NCBI GenBank assembly: GCA_008632985.1
Contig: QPGO01000037.1
Coordinates: 310,001 to 374,000, forward strand
Length of the DNA: 64,000 bases
Reading direction: 5' to 3'
From: Psammoneis japonica
Lineage: Eukaryota
In this document: positions 35,881-49,300 of the stretch, one piece after another
How positions within the stretch are numbered: the first letter of the stretch is position 1
Layout of the letters: every line of letters begins with the position of its first letter
The notes under the pieces: generated by a model
The model's database searches: none
Told to the model about the DNA's origin: nothing
The model's input: the letters and a program-made list of their open reading frames with translations, nothing else
Translations under genes and position numbers: made by a program

Positions 35881-37031
35881 CATCCCCTTTTATCTATATT
35901 TATTGTGAAACGATTGAGGCACAGGTCAAGGGATGAGAGGAGGGAAATAACAACAAACTCGACGAAACATACCGGAATGACGACAACAGCAGCAGACTCA
36001 CACACCGAAGGAATCGAAATCGATATTCTTACGTGGAGTGGCACTTGTCAAAAATGCGCCAACACGATATGGCACTATAGACAAATTCCGACAACATCCC
36101 GAGTGACTCACCTTGTGAAAAACGGTGACAACGACGGTGGACGCGACACAAATTCGCCATGGTGGCTACGCAAATTCTGCGTAGAATTTCTCGTTTTTGT
36201 ACCAGCGACCAAAAAAATCGCACGGTGCGATTTTTTTAAGCTGTGCCAGTTAGCCTGGTACAGCGATATGTTACGATCCGTGGGAGGTCTTCTCTGTCTT
36301 CTTCCGTACCACTTACAGACCTCCCAGTTGGGAGCGACCGTACGTGTGCGCAGCGTGCGTGAACGAGCAGAGCGCGCGAACGGACGAAAGCCGAGCGCAG
36401 CCAATCACAAAATGCGAATGCACAGCCGAACTTCATCGAAAATTTCTTAGCGAACTCCGAAGACAGCACATTGGCAGGGCTGGCGTGCATACGTACGTAC
36501 AGTATTTCTTTTCTTTCCTGACGTGACAGTGGACCGTCAACCTGAAAATTTCAAATGATATTACCAAAACATTCGAGTATTTAAATAAATTTATTTCTTG
36601 TTTGTAATCGCCGTTTTATATTTAAAGAATGTTATTAAATGTATTCACTCTCCGACACTTTATATGAGTTGTTTGAATTAACGTTTGGAATGCTCACTCG
36701 CATACATTATGATATGATTACGTGGATAAGACTGGAAGATTTAACGTTACTGTCTGTAGTTGTTCTTTGGCTGTGTAGGAAGTGTGAAATCAGTACCCCA
36801 GGGTCATCGTGTCAGGCGTGACAGACGAATCGACCCGTCAGTATCCTGGCGAAGTGCTTTCAGTTGGGTCAAAACACGATACTCGCCAAGGAAGACCATA
36901 AGACTGCTCAGACGCACTCCGACGGCAGAACCCTCTGTTGAAAACACTATTATCTCTGTTCTCGATACCAACAAACGGTCGAACTCTACTCACATTGTTA
37001 AGTCTGCAAGGTGCAAGTTGGAATCTGCACA

Positions 37032-38495
37032 ATGACAACGAATTCCGGTCCCGATGACGATACGGCCAAAAAGCCAGCCAAACGCAGGCTAAAACAGCCA
37101 GTCAAGTTTAAGAAGGCACCTCAGGCGCCCCGTCGGTTCAAGTCGGCCTACATGTTCTTCTCGACCGCAAAGCATCCCGAGATCCGTGCGAGACTCAAGA
37201 AAGAAGGCATAGAGTCGGAGAAGGTACGTAAGCGAATTCTGGTGGCTGTCATGGCTTCAATACCGGTTTGCAATGAGAACTCCTATTGCCCTCCTCGTTT
37301 TTGTTCTGATTCTGATGAATCTCGGGGTTGTACCATAAGTGTCTCTTCAATCTTTTTTCTAATTCTGTTGAATCTTACGGTTGTATGATTGACTCTTTCT
37401 CCTCCTTCCTTTTTAGACTACCAAAATTGCCAAGATGGTATCTCAAGAGTGGAAAGCTTTGAGTCCTGAAGAGAAGGAAAAGTGGGAGGAGATGGCTCGT
37501 GAAGACAAAGCAAGATATGAGATGGTGCGTGAAAAATGACATATGATTTGTTTGTTATAGTTGCCATCCCCTAACGTTCCTTCATTTACTACTTGGTATC
37601 ACAGGAAAAGACCATGTACACAGGTCCTTGGAAGATTCCGGCCAAGAAACGCAGCCAGAAGGACCCCAACGCACCCAAGCGCCCCATGTCGGCATTCTTG
37701 TCCTTCTCCAATAGCAAACGGGCCGAAACGAGGAGGGCCCATCCTCATTGTAGCAATGCGGAGATTTCTCGAATCTTGGCTCAGTTGTGGAAAGACGCTC
37801 CTGAGAAGGAGAAGAAGGACCATATCGACAGGGAGTTCAAGCTACGCCAAGAGTACAAGGTGGCGATTGCGGCGTGGAAGAAGAACGCAGAGAACGAAGC
37901 GCAAGCGGAGCGCCAAATTCGAGAGGATGTCGCTCGTAAGGCGGCTGCGAGCCGTGAAAATGCTCAGGCTTTTGGCGGCGCTCCTCATCAAGGCGCTTAT
38001 GACGATGGGCCCAACCAGGGTTACTACGGAGGTCAGGGAGACTACTACTCTCAAGGTCCTGGAGGAAACAACCCATACGGGGCGCAGCAAGATGATCCTG
38101 CCTCCTCCTACCCTCCCTATGGGAGCGCTGGGGCAAACTACGCTGCTTATTCCTCAGGATACGGAAGCAGCTATCCATCGCAGTATGCTGCTGCTGGTTA
38201 CGGTGGTGGTTACGACGCGCCTTCGTCATACTATGGTAGCTCGTCCTATGGACAGGGCTATTCGTACTATCCTCCACAGCAGTATGCTGGCTATTCTGGG
38301 TATGATGGCGGTGCAGGACCCCAAAGAGAAGGCGATCAGCAAGCTGCAATGGCCGAAGGGGGTCATGCTGCTGTTAGCGCAGGATACGCAGGTGAGTTTT
38401 CGACAGTGCTCAGCGTTGTTTCCTTTGTTTGATATCCAGAAGAACTTGCTCACCTCTTTTGTCGTTGACTTTGTTCTTCAGACTATGGTGCCTAA
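37032..38495 (+). CDS. Tandem HMG-box protein 1 (exons 37032-37223, 37417-37524, 37605-38391, 38482-38495)
   Basis: KAPQAPRRFKSAYMFF and DPNAPKRPMSAFL boxes, GT-AG introns that keep frame, Y/G/Q-rich tail. Confidence 0.88.
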
Positions 38496-39580
38496 AAATG
38501 TTGCGAGACAACGAGAAGGGACTTGAGATTGCCATGGAGTAGGCTTTGCCCGGTTAATGGGGAATCGGTGCATGCTTTGCTACTTCTAGAGTGTGAAATG
38601 CCTTTTCTCCGTTTCAGTGAAGGAGAAAATCGATTTATGAGTCGGTGTTCAGATGGATGGTAATGATTTTTTGTTGTCTTCGGTGCCGCTTCATGTTCAA
38701 CTTGTGAAGATCAGAATTATTGTCCGTGCTACTAGTGCTAAACGTTTAGTGTTACATATTGCATTTACAGTCCTAGTCACCTTGTCCTTATCGCTAAGGT
38801 AGCAGAACATCCTCTCTACCACTTGAGTAGCTAGACTTATACCATAGGAACCTCAAAACATACTACTAGTACTTAGCTAGCTAGTACTGTAGAGGCAGGA
38901 CTACCGTACTTCTGGTAGAAAAAATGGACTGCAAGACAGTCACAGCCAGTTCACAACTGATTCGAAGTTGAGGCCTTTCATTCAAAAAGGCCTGATTAGA
39001 AGTAGGCCCTCTACTACTGTAATTACTGAGTTATCCGTACTGAACGATTGCATAGGCCCTACATCACGACATCATAGCTACGACAGATTCTCTAGACGCA
39101 CTTTCATATAGACATTTTTGGCATACCGCACGTCATCGTGGAATGTACATCAATACCGGATACCCAAAAAACATTGTCGCTCTCACACTTAAAAAGACTA
39201 TGTCTTGGTGCTATAGTTTTACTTAACGTTAATGGTCATTCTAGTCGTAGTTTTTGATCCAATTTGTTGTCATGTTATCATGGTGCTATATCAACACTTC
39301 AACACCCTCTCGAAATCTTTCGCCGAGAAACGTCGCAACACCTCATCCTTCATTCAGGGTCGGTGTTGATCGAGAACGAGGGTGCTACTGTGTGGCTACT
39401 GTGCAAGTCAAGCAATTCTGCTGATCTGAAACCTGAAACCCGCCTCAAATCAAAGACAAGTGGGCCTACAGTCTTGCGTCGCGCTTTCTCACATCGTGCT
39501 GTTTCCAGAAGGGAGTCCCACTATTACCCTCATTCATGCTCACTTTCTTTCTGAGCGTGTATTAGTGCACGGTACGAGCC

Positions 39581-41098
39581 ATGGACGAATCGGAGTCTGC
39601 AAGGAGGAAGAAACCACCAGCGTCGAAGCGCAAGCCGAAGCAGACGGTGAAGTTCAAGAAAGCACCTCAGGCTCCTCGGCGTTTCAAGTCGGCTTACATG
39701 TTCTTCTCAACCGACAGACATAAAGAGATACGAGCTCGTCTTAAAGCGGAAGGGAATGTGACTGAAAAGGTGAGGTGGCAAAAACGAAATGAGGGCGAGA
39801 AAACCCCTTAATATCTTTTGGGAACGAAGCGCTCTATGCTCTATCTCATGTTTGCTTTATGCGATTTCACCTCGAAAGTTGAGGATCTGATTCGTCCTGT
39901 CATCATCGTTATCTTCTGACGTGCTTTCATTTTTCGTGTTTTGTTGATTTGCTTCTATGCTACACAGACGACAAATATTGCGAAAATGGTATCAAGGGAA
40001 TGGAAAGCCCTTAGTCCGGAAGAGCGGGACAAGTGGGAAGAAATAGCGCGTCGAGACAAGGCAAGATATGAAATGGAAAAATCCATGTACACGGGTCCTT
40101 GGAAAGTTCCAGCAAAGATGCGAAATCAAAAAGATCCCGCAGCTCCCAAACGCCCAATGTCGGCATTCTTATCCTTCTCTAATAGCAGAAGAGCTGAAAT
40201 GAAGAGAGCTAATCCCCACTGCACCAATGCTGAGATTTCTAAAAAGCTAGCTGACTTATGGAAGGATGCATCTGAAGAGGAACGAAAGGAACACGTTGAA
40301 AAGGAATTCGAACTTCGCAAACAATACAAGGCTGCGTCTGCCGCGTGGAAAAAGCAACAGAAAGAGTCGTCAGCCAGTGCTGCTTATGATCACGAACACG
40401 GTGCTTCAGTGCCACATCGTCAAGGTATGGCAATGCCAGTAGGTGATTTCACTCACTCACACACAGGCGGCTACTATCCTCCGTATCCTGGTGGAGGCAA
40501 CCAGGGCTTCATGCCTTACCATCACGCATCTGCAGGGACGGCTGATCAGAATGACAGAGAAGGGATGACGTCGTATCCTACCGAGGCTCCGTCCTCCTAT
40601 GGAAACCCAGAAGCAGGGATGGGATATTATCAGCATCAGCAGTATCAACAAGGCCAGTACGCTTATCCTAACTCTTACGATGCTAGTATGCAAGCCCAAC
40701 CTCAGCAAAAGTATGGTGATCCGTCTTCTTTTGGACCGGGTTACTCGCAATATCCGCCGCAGCAAACATATGGTTACTACCAGCAACAACAACATCCATA
40801 TGATTCTGGTGGGGGGGTGCAAATGGGACAAGAAGGTAAGAATTGAAAACGAGATTCCGCTTTCATTTTCTGACTGGCCTGATACTTTCTTTGGTTTTTT
40901 ACGGAATGCGTCTCCTTCTTGTAAGGTTCTGCTGAGGCTTCATACCAGAATGCAAACATGCAGTCATACATGATGCAGCAACAAGGTGCTGCTCCATACC
41001 ATTCTGGATACGGAGGAAGCTATAACGGTGTTCAGGAAGGCGATGAAGCTGACACTGCGGAGCAAGGAGGCATGATTCCGTACCCGCGTTACCGGTAA
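39581..41098 (+). CDS. Tandem HMG-box protein 2 (exons 39581-39769, 39968-40835, 40926-41098)
   Basis: Paralog of 37032-38495 with the same two HMG boxes and the same first intron position. Confidence 0.88.
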
Positions 41099-41379
41099 CG
41101 CTACAGCCGGTAGCGTATAATGTACTACTCGATCTAGTGCATCTCAGACTAACAAGTTTGTGATGCTTGAGAGTAGCAGCTACAGGGGATTTATAATATA
41201 GTAAGGGAAGTATCTAAACTTTTTCGTTTTTCGGGTTGGGGAACATGCGGTTGATTCGGGGTTTCGACCAGTGATGGGGAATAAATACCGTAGTTAAGTT
41301 TATGATGTGATAAATGTGTCACGAGTCACTTAGATTGGTATTTGAAAATGAAGACTGTGTATCGGACCGCTTTTTGGAT

Positions 41380-42243
41380 TCATGATCTATGAGTTTTATG
41401 AAGCGGTCTATTAGGATGCCGTTCGTAGTGTCGTTTCAAGGCTTGTCCTGCTGCGTGGACAAAGGTCCATTCATTGTCTCGGTTTTCTATTTTTGGCATT
41501 GATTCTTCATTCCACCACCATTGCTGCATACCCTCCAATATAACATCCACATTTAGTGGCTCGTGTTTGTCGATTGGAATATTGCTTCTTTTCTCAATCG
41601 CTTCCAGCGGCCATCGCGCACAACTCGTGCCAAGCACATTGGCTCGATTCTTAGACCGATTCGGTTGTATTCGCCGATCAATTAACATTCCAACAATCAC
41701 AACAGCCGGTGGTGCTTCTGACGGTACCAGCGCTTTTGGTGCATCCGGTGATAAATAGACAGCCTCACACTTCTCTGGAAAATCAAAACAAAACTCCACG
41801 TGATTGGGCAGAGTCTTTTTCCAAAGTTCTATCAGTCGAGATTCCAGAGAATCCTTGTCCTTCTCAGACTTTACTACAATCTTTATAGTCGCATATTTTC
41901 CCTTGTTTTGATCCTTTTCTTCCGTCTGCCATTGCAAAAAGTTATAGAGTTGCTTTGCCACGGCAAGAATCTTTTCACGTCGTGGACGAGACTCGGATGG
42001 AAAACCATAACCTGCATCACAAATCAAGACATTCTCAGTGCTTTTGTCTTGATACGACGAACGATCAAGCGAGAGACCTGATAACATATTGCTTATGTCC
42101 TTGTCTTGTTGTGGTGTCGCTGCGTCCTCTGTCGTGCTGCCGAGGGCTAAATCATCCTCACTTTTTGTTCGAGTCGGTTTCAACGATGATTTCTCCACAT
42201 TGGTTGCCGGAAGATCTTTGTTTTGTTCTATGTCGTTCATCAT
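41380..42243 (-). CDS. TRM10-type SPOUT tRNA methyltransferase-domain protein
   Basis: VYLSPDA, VIVGMLIDR, ARWPL and LNVD motifs. Likely start MMND. Confidence 0.75.
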   Translation of the reverse strand: MMNDIEQNKDLPATNVEKSSLKPTRTKSEDDLALGSTTEDAATPQQDKDISNMLSGLSLDRSSYQDKSTENVLICDAGYGFPSESRPRREKILAVAKQLYNFLQWQTEEKDQNKGKYATIKIVVKSEKDKDSLESRLIELWKKTLPNHVEFCFDFPEKCEAVYLSPDAPKALVPSEAPPAVVIVGMLIDRRIQPNRSKNRANVLGTSCARWPLEAIEKRSNIPIDKHEPLNVDVILEGMQQWWWNEESMPKIENRDNEWTFVHAAGQALKRHYERHPNRPLHKTHRS

Positions 42244-42762
42244 GGCGGAATCTACTTTTAAAAGAGAGTGGAGTAGACAGCAGGTACCCAGAGCAAAAGG
42301 CAACACTTCTTTTGGCTGTCCTCGTCTATCTCGATGAGCACCCAAGTTGAAAGTGTCAAGTGTCTTTTTTTTAAATAGAAGATTAAGGGGAAAAAGTTAG
42401 GGCCCTAGGGCCTACTAGCTAGAGTAGGGGTCTACCGGTATGGTGTGGTCTCTACTCTAGTCTCTACGGTAGCTCTCTACTAGCTAGAGTGGTAGAGGCC
42501 CTACGTACGCTGGACGCTGGTACGAGCGCACAGCATTTTGAAATTTCAATCTTAACCTACAAGAACGAATCATATTCAATAATGATATTTATGTTTATAT
42601 ACAAAATCGTAGGAAGGGAAAGCGCAATACTTCCCACCACCACCAACCCGCCCAGAACCGCACGTTGCTCCGCGATGACCATGGACTTGCTCGGTCCATG
42701 TTGACACGAACAAGAAGACAAATTCACTATACGACGCTCCAATAGAGTCACTGACAAAAAGT

Positions 42763-44310
42763 ATGAAAAGGACTATCAAGGATGGTGCACTCGTTTACCG
42801 CGTTACATGGCGGTTGGAACCCATTTTGTGGACGAGTTTATCTGCATGGTTCTCATATCGGTCATCATTCACTGTATCGTCAATAATTACCCTGATTGGT
42901 TCCGTCTGGAACCTTGTATGGTGCTTGGAACGCGACAAAGAGCAAAAGGACTCGTCTTTGCTCTGGCGACATGGCCACAGCGCTATTTCATGTGACCCTC
43001 AAGGTCGTTCCATGGCCGTGGCTCTAGTACCGCTTCTCATTATGAGCGTCATGAGCACTGCTCGTAGCAATGATCCCACATGGTCCCATTTCGCCAACAT
43101 TACTTGTCTTGCGTATTTGTTTAATACATCTGTACCAATGGGAGCTTTAATTACTCTTGTTGTGGTAACAGCCTTCGATTCCTCCCTCTGGTGTTTTGAG
43201 TCCCTCTGGATGTGTTCATTGTGGCTTGTTGTGGATTGGAGGATTCACGTGTCCGCTCGCTTTCATCAAGTTTTGACGAGAGGCGAATGGTGGGTTATTT
43301 TGGGACTCATTGTCGTTTCAATCACCTACTTTTCCCGACGGATTCTTGAACAACATGCGGAGGTGCTGCCTCTATATGCCGTCGTGTCTTTTATGGGATT
43401 GTTGGGCTGTGGAGTTGCGTCTGCCGTCGCGTCACCCTTGGCTGCGAGATCAAGTCAACGAATACCGACTGCTCTTGTCAGAGTCTTGGTGCTTGTTGGT
43501 ATTCCATTCGCAGCCATTGAAGGGTCGTTGCTCTGGTTGGACTACGAGGGAGATTTGCGCTTTCTACCAAAATGTCTATCGTGGCTCGTCTCCTTTCTGA
43601 GTCAACACGAGACACTCGCCTATCCAAGGGGTACATGGCTATTGTACTGGGGAGCAGTTTTGATTGTAACGATACCTCTATCTCCCAAAGTGGAGAGATG
43701 CTACGGTTCTGTTGTTGTGGCTCGAAAGTGGTTTCATTTTGTTGCCTTTGTACTGTTTGCTCCAGTAACTCTACTGGCGCCACAGCTCATGTCCTTGGCA
43801 TACGCTGTCGCACTGGCTCTCCTGATTCTTGTTGAAAACATTCGGAATGACTTGCTTCCTGAATGTGTTCAAGATTTTTACAGCGCTTACTTGGACACGG
43901 GCAAGGACATGGACAACCGAGACAAGATTGTGGTGACGCACATGGCACTGATTGCCGGGTGCGCACTGCCCTTGTGGATTTCTCAGGTAGTGGTGGGTTA
44001 TTCGGGAAGACTGTTGCCACTATGGGGGACCATTTGCTTGGGATTAGGAGATTCCATGGGCGCCATTGTTGGAACCTTTTTCGGCAAGACGCCGTGGCAC
44101 CCACGAAACAAGCGAACACTAGAGGGGTCGCTTGCGGCATGGATAACCATGGCGGTAACATGCCATCTTATTACATCTGGAAGTGGCCAGAATGAACCAT
44201 GGTTTGCCGCTGTATCATTTGTAACTCTACTTGAAGCTTCGACGCAACAAATTGATAATTTGGTACTACCTTTGGCTGGAACTGTTGTAATTCTAATGCA
44301 AGAAGGTTGA
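42763..44310 (+). CDS. DOLK: Dolichol kinase
   Basis: Multi-TM protein with RKWFH, GLGDSMGAIVG..FGK..W, KRTLEGS and QIDNLVLPL motifs. Confidence 0.88.
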   Translation: MKRTIKDGALVYRVTWRLEPILWTSLSAWFSYRSSFTVSSIITLIGSVWNLVWCLERDKEQKDSSLLWRHGHSAISCDPQGRSMAVALVPLLIMSVMSTARSNDPTWSHFANITCLAYLFNTSVPMGALITLVVVTAFDSSLWCFESLWMCSLWLVVDWRIHVSARFHQVLTRGEWWVILGLIVVSITYFSRRILEQHAEVLPLYAVVSFMGLLGCGVASAVASPLAARSSQRIPTALVRVLVLVGIPFAAIEGSLLWLDYEGDLRFLPKCLSWLVSFLSQHETLAYPRGTWLLYWGAVLIVTIPLSPKVERCYGSVVVARKWFHFVAFVLFAPVTLLAPQLMSLAYAVALALLILVENIRNDLLPECVQDFYSAYLDTGKDMDNRDKIVVTHMALIAGCALPLWISQVVVGYSGRLLPLWGTICLGLGDSMGAIVGTFFGKTPWHPRNKRTLEGSLAAWITMAVTCHLITSGSGQNEPWFAAVSFVTLLEASTQQIDNLVLPLAGTVVILMQEG

Positions 44311-44649
44311 AAGGCAACGGTGCATGCATGATCCGAAGTGCCAAAGAGAGGAGCTACGATATGCATCCAAATACAGAGATCTTTCAGTGTCAACCAAAAG
44401 CTGATGTGTTACCATGTTATCGTGGACGGAGTTTTCGCACTTTTAAAGATGTGGCTTTCTGCAGTCCGATTCAAAGAACAACCGCGAGGAGGGAGGGAGA
44501 GAACAGGTCGGGCCTTTCTCACATTCTTGGATCTCCTCGTATGTGGGGACAGAAGTCATTCAACTCTCGCTTATTCCAAGTGTGGTCTAGCTCCTGTAGT
44601 AACAGTTCAGTTCGTTGTGTAGTCAACGACTTGGTTCACTTCTCCTTCC

Positions 44650-45972
44650 TCACTTCTTGTCCTTGTAATAAAAGCATATACCGACAAACGTGACACACGA
44701 TCCAGATGGGACAATCAGTGATGCTGGTATTCGCCATGGCTCACCAAGGTGGTCATTTCCCGACACGGCAAAAACCACCAAGCCCAAGAGCCAAACCAGG
44801 AGTGTCCGCAAGTTCTTCCAAACGTTCCTCGTCATGGATGAGGTGGCGGCTGTTGCCAAAATGTTTGTGATACTCGTCATGGCGAAGATTGTTGTCAAGT
44901 AGAAGGTATATCCTATTCCCGCAAACGATGACGACAGTCTCTCGAACGTATCCCGTGGATCTTCATCGATCATATGCGACAACGGCACGTAAAAGAGAGC
45001 GAGAATGGCTGCCCCAAACAAGCCTTCAACGCCCAAAAGTAGAGCAGCGGGGAAGTCACTTTCTTGCAAAAATACCTCCTCGGTGATATCTTGCATAACA
45101 CTGGTGATACACTCGCCAACTATCAACGCCAGTCCAATAAGGTGACTCTTCCTACTACCTTCGTCACCTTCTCGCTTATCCTTCTCTGCAGTGACTAGAT
45201 CCGCTGCTCCAACAATCAACAAGCTAATCACAACAATACCTACTCCAATCCAACGGGAAAATGACACACGGCGCTTTCGAACGAGTCGGGCGGCCACCAC
45301 ACTGAGTGTCAGCTCCAAGCCAGACATCAAGATCTCCGCCACGGAAGCTGCAACGTAAATCAAAGATGCCAAGCGCATACCCGAGTTACAGAGATTGAAA
45401 AACGCAGGAATGATGGGCTTTATGTACCAAGGAATAGTATGAACCCAAGAGACTGCCTCGTCTGACTCGTCTGTTAGGCCTGTATCAGATCCTTTTCGTC
45501 GTTTTGAATGCTCCTCGTTCAGCATCGTGTCTGCTTCCACTGTACCATCATCTAGGGAATTAGTGGGTACTGTCTCGTCATCAACGTGATGCGTGTCTTC
45601 TAAATGATGCGCTCTGATATGCAGCGCAGAAATTTCAATGCTCTTGTCACTTTTTAAAACTGTCTCTTCACTTTTGTTATTGAGCGATTCGTCGCCAAAT
45701 CCATTTTCTAGTACAGGAACTTTCTCAAAGCCTCTGTGATCAGAAACAGGAGCCGTTTGGAGAAAGCTCTGTGAACCATGTCTTTTTTCGACATACTTTG
45801 ATGCCCAGTGAAACACCAATGACAACGATTGACCAATCAAGTACAACAGAGTTACCAAGAGAGGATCCTCGAATCCAAGCTGATAAAAGAGTCTGACAGA
45901 CACAATACGAACTGCTCCAAAAATGATCATGCACAGCAGAGTGACTGTCGTTCTTCGAGAGTACTTGAACAT
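44650..45972 (-). CDS. SLC35F-like drug/metabolite (nucleotide-sugar) transporter
   Basis: About 10 TM helices with IIPAFFNL, YVAASV, LLGVEGLFG and SSMTRNVW..LRT motifs. Confidence 0.75.
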   Translation of the reverse strand: MFKYSRRTTVTLLCMIIFGAVRIVSVRLFYQLGFEDPLLVTLLYLIGQSLSLVFHWASKYVEKRHGSQSFLQTAPVSDHRGFEKVPVLENGFGDESLNNKSEETVLKSDKSIEISALHIRAHHLEDTHHVDDETVPTNSLDDGTVEADTMLNEEHSKRRKGSDTGLTDESDEAVSWVHTIPWYIKPIIPAFFNLCNSGMRLASLIYVAASVAEILMSGLELTLSVVAARLVRKRRVSFSRWIGVGIVVISLLIVGAADLVTAEKDKREGDEGSRKSHLIGLALIVGECITSVMQDITEEVFLQESDFPAALLLGVEGLFGAAILALFYVPLSHMIDEDPRDTFERLSSSFAGIGYTFYLTTIFAMTSITNILATAATSSMTRNVWKNLRTLLVWLLGLVVFAVSGNDHLGEPWRIPASLIVPSGSCVTFVGICFYYKDKK

Positions 45973-46329
45973 AGGAGTTGGTGACTTCTCTTCAACAGCT
46001 GTTAACCTTCATCCATGAAGCCTTGACCGCTCTCAACCAGCGGTGAACCACAGACACCGCACACCGCCATTTTTGTGATGTGTGATGGTGCGTGTGATGG
46101 TCAAAGCACGGACCGACCGCACGCGCGCTCTGCCTGCGCTCATTTGCTCATGCTGCTATTCGCACGCTAGACGATGCAGTGTGATAGACTCTACACTCTA
46201 CAGCACTCTCTACTCTCTCTCTAGAGAGAGAGTCTCCAGCAGCAGAGAGCCAGCTAGCTGGCTGCTCCCAGAGTGTAGCTGCCAGCTGTGGCTAGCAAGC
46301 TGGCTAGCTGGCAGTTGCTCTGCCAGAGA

Positions 46330-49300
46330 GCAGCTGGTGGAATCTGTCATCGGAGATGAGCCACTCCCAGCTTGGGGAGATGAGCCACCAGAATCTGGTG
46401 CGCCATGGGTGTTTGGACTTTTGCTGTTGAGAAAGCTCTCAATGCAGTGCAGTCTTGACACTGCTGGCTTTTTACACTCTCTGGATGCTTTGTGCTCCAG
46501 AGATCTCTTTCAAATGTGATGGGCGCTGAGTCTTTGGACTCTTGTGAGCTTGTGTCCTTTTCAGCTGTTCTCGTTCTTGCAGTGCCAGTGGCAGGCTCCA
46601 CATTGTGGCACTCAAGTTTCCCCTGGCATGATGGGTCAAGTGCCCAACTCAAAACTTCTGAGAACAATGTCTCTGAGAAGTGCAGCAAGGCAGGCACAAT
46701 GGTGTGGCTTGCTGCAATCACAGCATTTTGCCCACATCCTGCCTTGGACACAGCTGTGTTGAAACCGCTGTCTGCCTTCATGTGAGCAGCTCTCCATCAG
46801 ATTTCTGGACAGATGAGCAACTTCCAAGTCAGCAGAAATGTGATGAGTTCTTCTTCAATCATCTCAGCCACCCAAGCTTCTTTCCACACCAGTGGCTGCT
46901 CAATGTGACGACGCTTGTTGGTGCAAAGCCTTGGGGGGGGGGGGGGGGGGGGGGCACTGGAGTGTGGTGCTTGCCTCTGGGCAACTTTGTACAACTCACT
47001 CTGTCCAAATGCTTTGTTGTGTTTTTCTCTGAATTTGGGTGCACTCTGTCATTTTGAGAAGCTGTCCCCTTCTTTTGATCACCCGTGAGCAGCAACCCAA
47101 AACAAGGCATGCCACCTTTATCAACACTGAGCAGCTTGTTGCATTGCATCAGCTTCCTGAGGTGTGTTTCTTGAATCAGGTGCCACATGAGCTCTTTCTC
47201 TTCCACAACACTTTCAGTGCTGATCCTTGTCAAGATAAAAGGAGTTGCAGGCAATGGCCATGGTTGCTGCCGTGGATTCAAAACTGCACCTGTGACACCA
47301 ACAATCTGGGTCTGACCACCAGTCACAATCTTGGTGTTTCTGCACTCCAATCCCAGACAATTGTGAACTTGCGAGTAGACAACTCTTCCCTTGGATGCCA
47401 GTTGAGAACCAGTTGAGTTTATGAACTTCTAGAGTCTGCTTTCCATGCCACCTTGAAGTGTGAACATTCTTGACCACAATTGTTTTTCAAGCCATTTTGT
47501 CATTTGGTTTTCCTCATGCCTTCATCACATCTCTTTTGCCACCTGCAATCCACCCTCTGCACCCATGACTTCTTTCCACATTTTGTCTCCTTGAGTTGTT
47601 GCATTAAAAGCAAACATTGCAACTGCCATTTGTTGTTGACTTCTGATTGCCTTGCAGTTTGCCTTGTTCTTTTAACCCTGTTCCAGGTTTAATTGTTTGC
47701 TGCAATTTACGTTCACACACCAGCTTGGATTGTTGCCATGGCTGCAGTTGCTTCCGCGCCATTGCTGGCTGCCACTGGCTGCAATGGCAGGTCATCCCAG
47801 CAGCCCATCCGTCCTCTCTCTGCTTCTTCTTTTCTCCTCTCTCTTGTGCTTCTTCTCTGCCTGCTGTGACAAGTTTGCCTTCTGTTGTCTCTGTTCCTTG
47901 AACCATGCATCAAATCCTGCAGCCGTTCTCCTTGCTGTTTTTTGCCGCCCACCCATGCATGCAGTCAACCGCACTTGGTGATTCCTTCCTTGCTCCATCC
48001 CTGGTTCCTCTTGACCAATCCCCCCTCTTTCTGTGACATGCACTTTGCGGTTTGGCATCCTCCACCATCAGCTTCCTGTGCCTTGCAATGTTGTCATCAT
48101 TTTCCAGCTGCTCCGCATGTCGACCACCCTGTCACAGCAGTTGCAACACAAAAACTGCATTGACGAAAGCAATGGAAAATTTGCAGACAATGTGTCAGTG
48201 CTCCAAGTCCCCGACAGTCACATGTCATCATTGCATGTTCTCACCTGCCATCCTCTTCTGGGTGTTGTCAACATGGACCCTGTCAATTTTTCACCCACTG
48301 CCAGAGCCCAATCCATGAGATGATGTCCCTCTGTCAGAGTGACTGCTGAGCTTGCCCACTGCTCCTTGAGAGCTGGAGTTGACTCAACTTCCTGTGTCTG
48401 CTCTTTTGTGAGTTCAACAACCCTGCAAGCACTGGACTCACAGCAACTGTCCAGCACAACAAAATGGCCAATCTCCAGCTGGTTGGTGACACAGTCTCTG
48501 TTTGTTGTTCTTTTGCTGTCACTGACCTGACTCACCAGTGCACTCCGACCATCTTGCGCCGTCACTCCCGCTGCAACAACCAGTTTGTCCATTGCCTTCC
48601 CTTTCAATGGGGTGTCACTGCCACTTGTTTCACTGCCCTCTTCTGTCTAATTTGTGTGTATCCTGGCTGGTTTGTGCCATCGCCATGACAAGTTGTGTGA
48701 TTGATCCACTTCTGCAAGTGGTGATCTTCCCCACTCAGCTGTTGAACCTCTCACAGATCAATTCAAATTGGTCTGTGCATCACCATTGTGAGCCCACACA
48801 CAACTCAATGTTTTAAATTGTTCCAATTTTCCACTGTTTTAAATTGTGCACCCACACAACTTTGTGTTTTTAATGAATTCAAAATGTGCACAAGAGATCA
48901 AAAATTTGTTTGAACATCAATGTCGAGCATTGCTTTCTGTTTGCTGACACTCACTTGCCATTGAGCACAATCTTTTTGTGACTTTACAGAGATCTTGGTG
49001 CAGATCCAATTTTTGCAACAGCACCCTGTCCACGCACTGCAGTGCTGCAGGCTACGGTCAATGCAACCATCGCAGTGATCCAATGCTGTCACAACTCCAT
49101 TGGCGCCACTCCAACTTTGAAGAACAACACGTGCCATGAGACAACTGAGTGCATTGTCTGCCACTTCATTGCTCTTGGAAAAATGCACACACCCACTGCT
49201 GCTGGTGCTGCTGCAGAGAAGCAACAGCACGTTGGCCAAGCTGCATCACTTTTTGACAGCCGGCTCCACATTGCAGCATTGGTTTCCTCTCTCTGGTGGA

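Noticed and set aside
42400..42500. CTAG/CTCTAC-rich palindromic patches (also ~8100, ~38870, ~46200)
   Set aside because: Short and low-complexity. I could not define a consistent unit, TIR pair or TSD.
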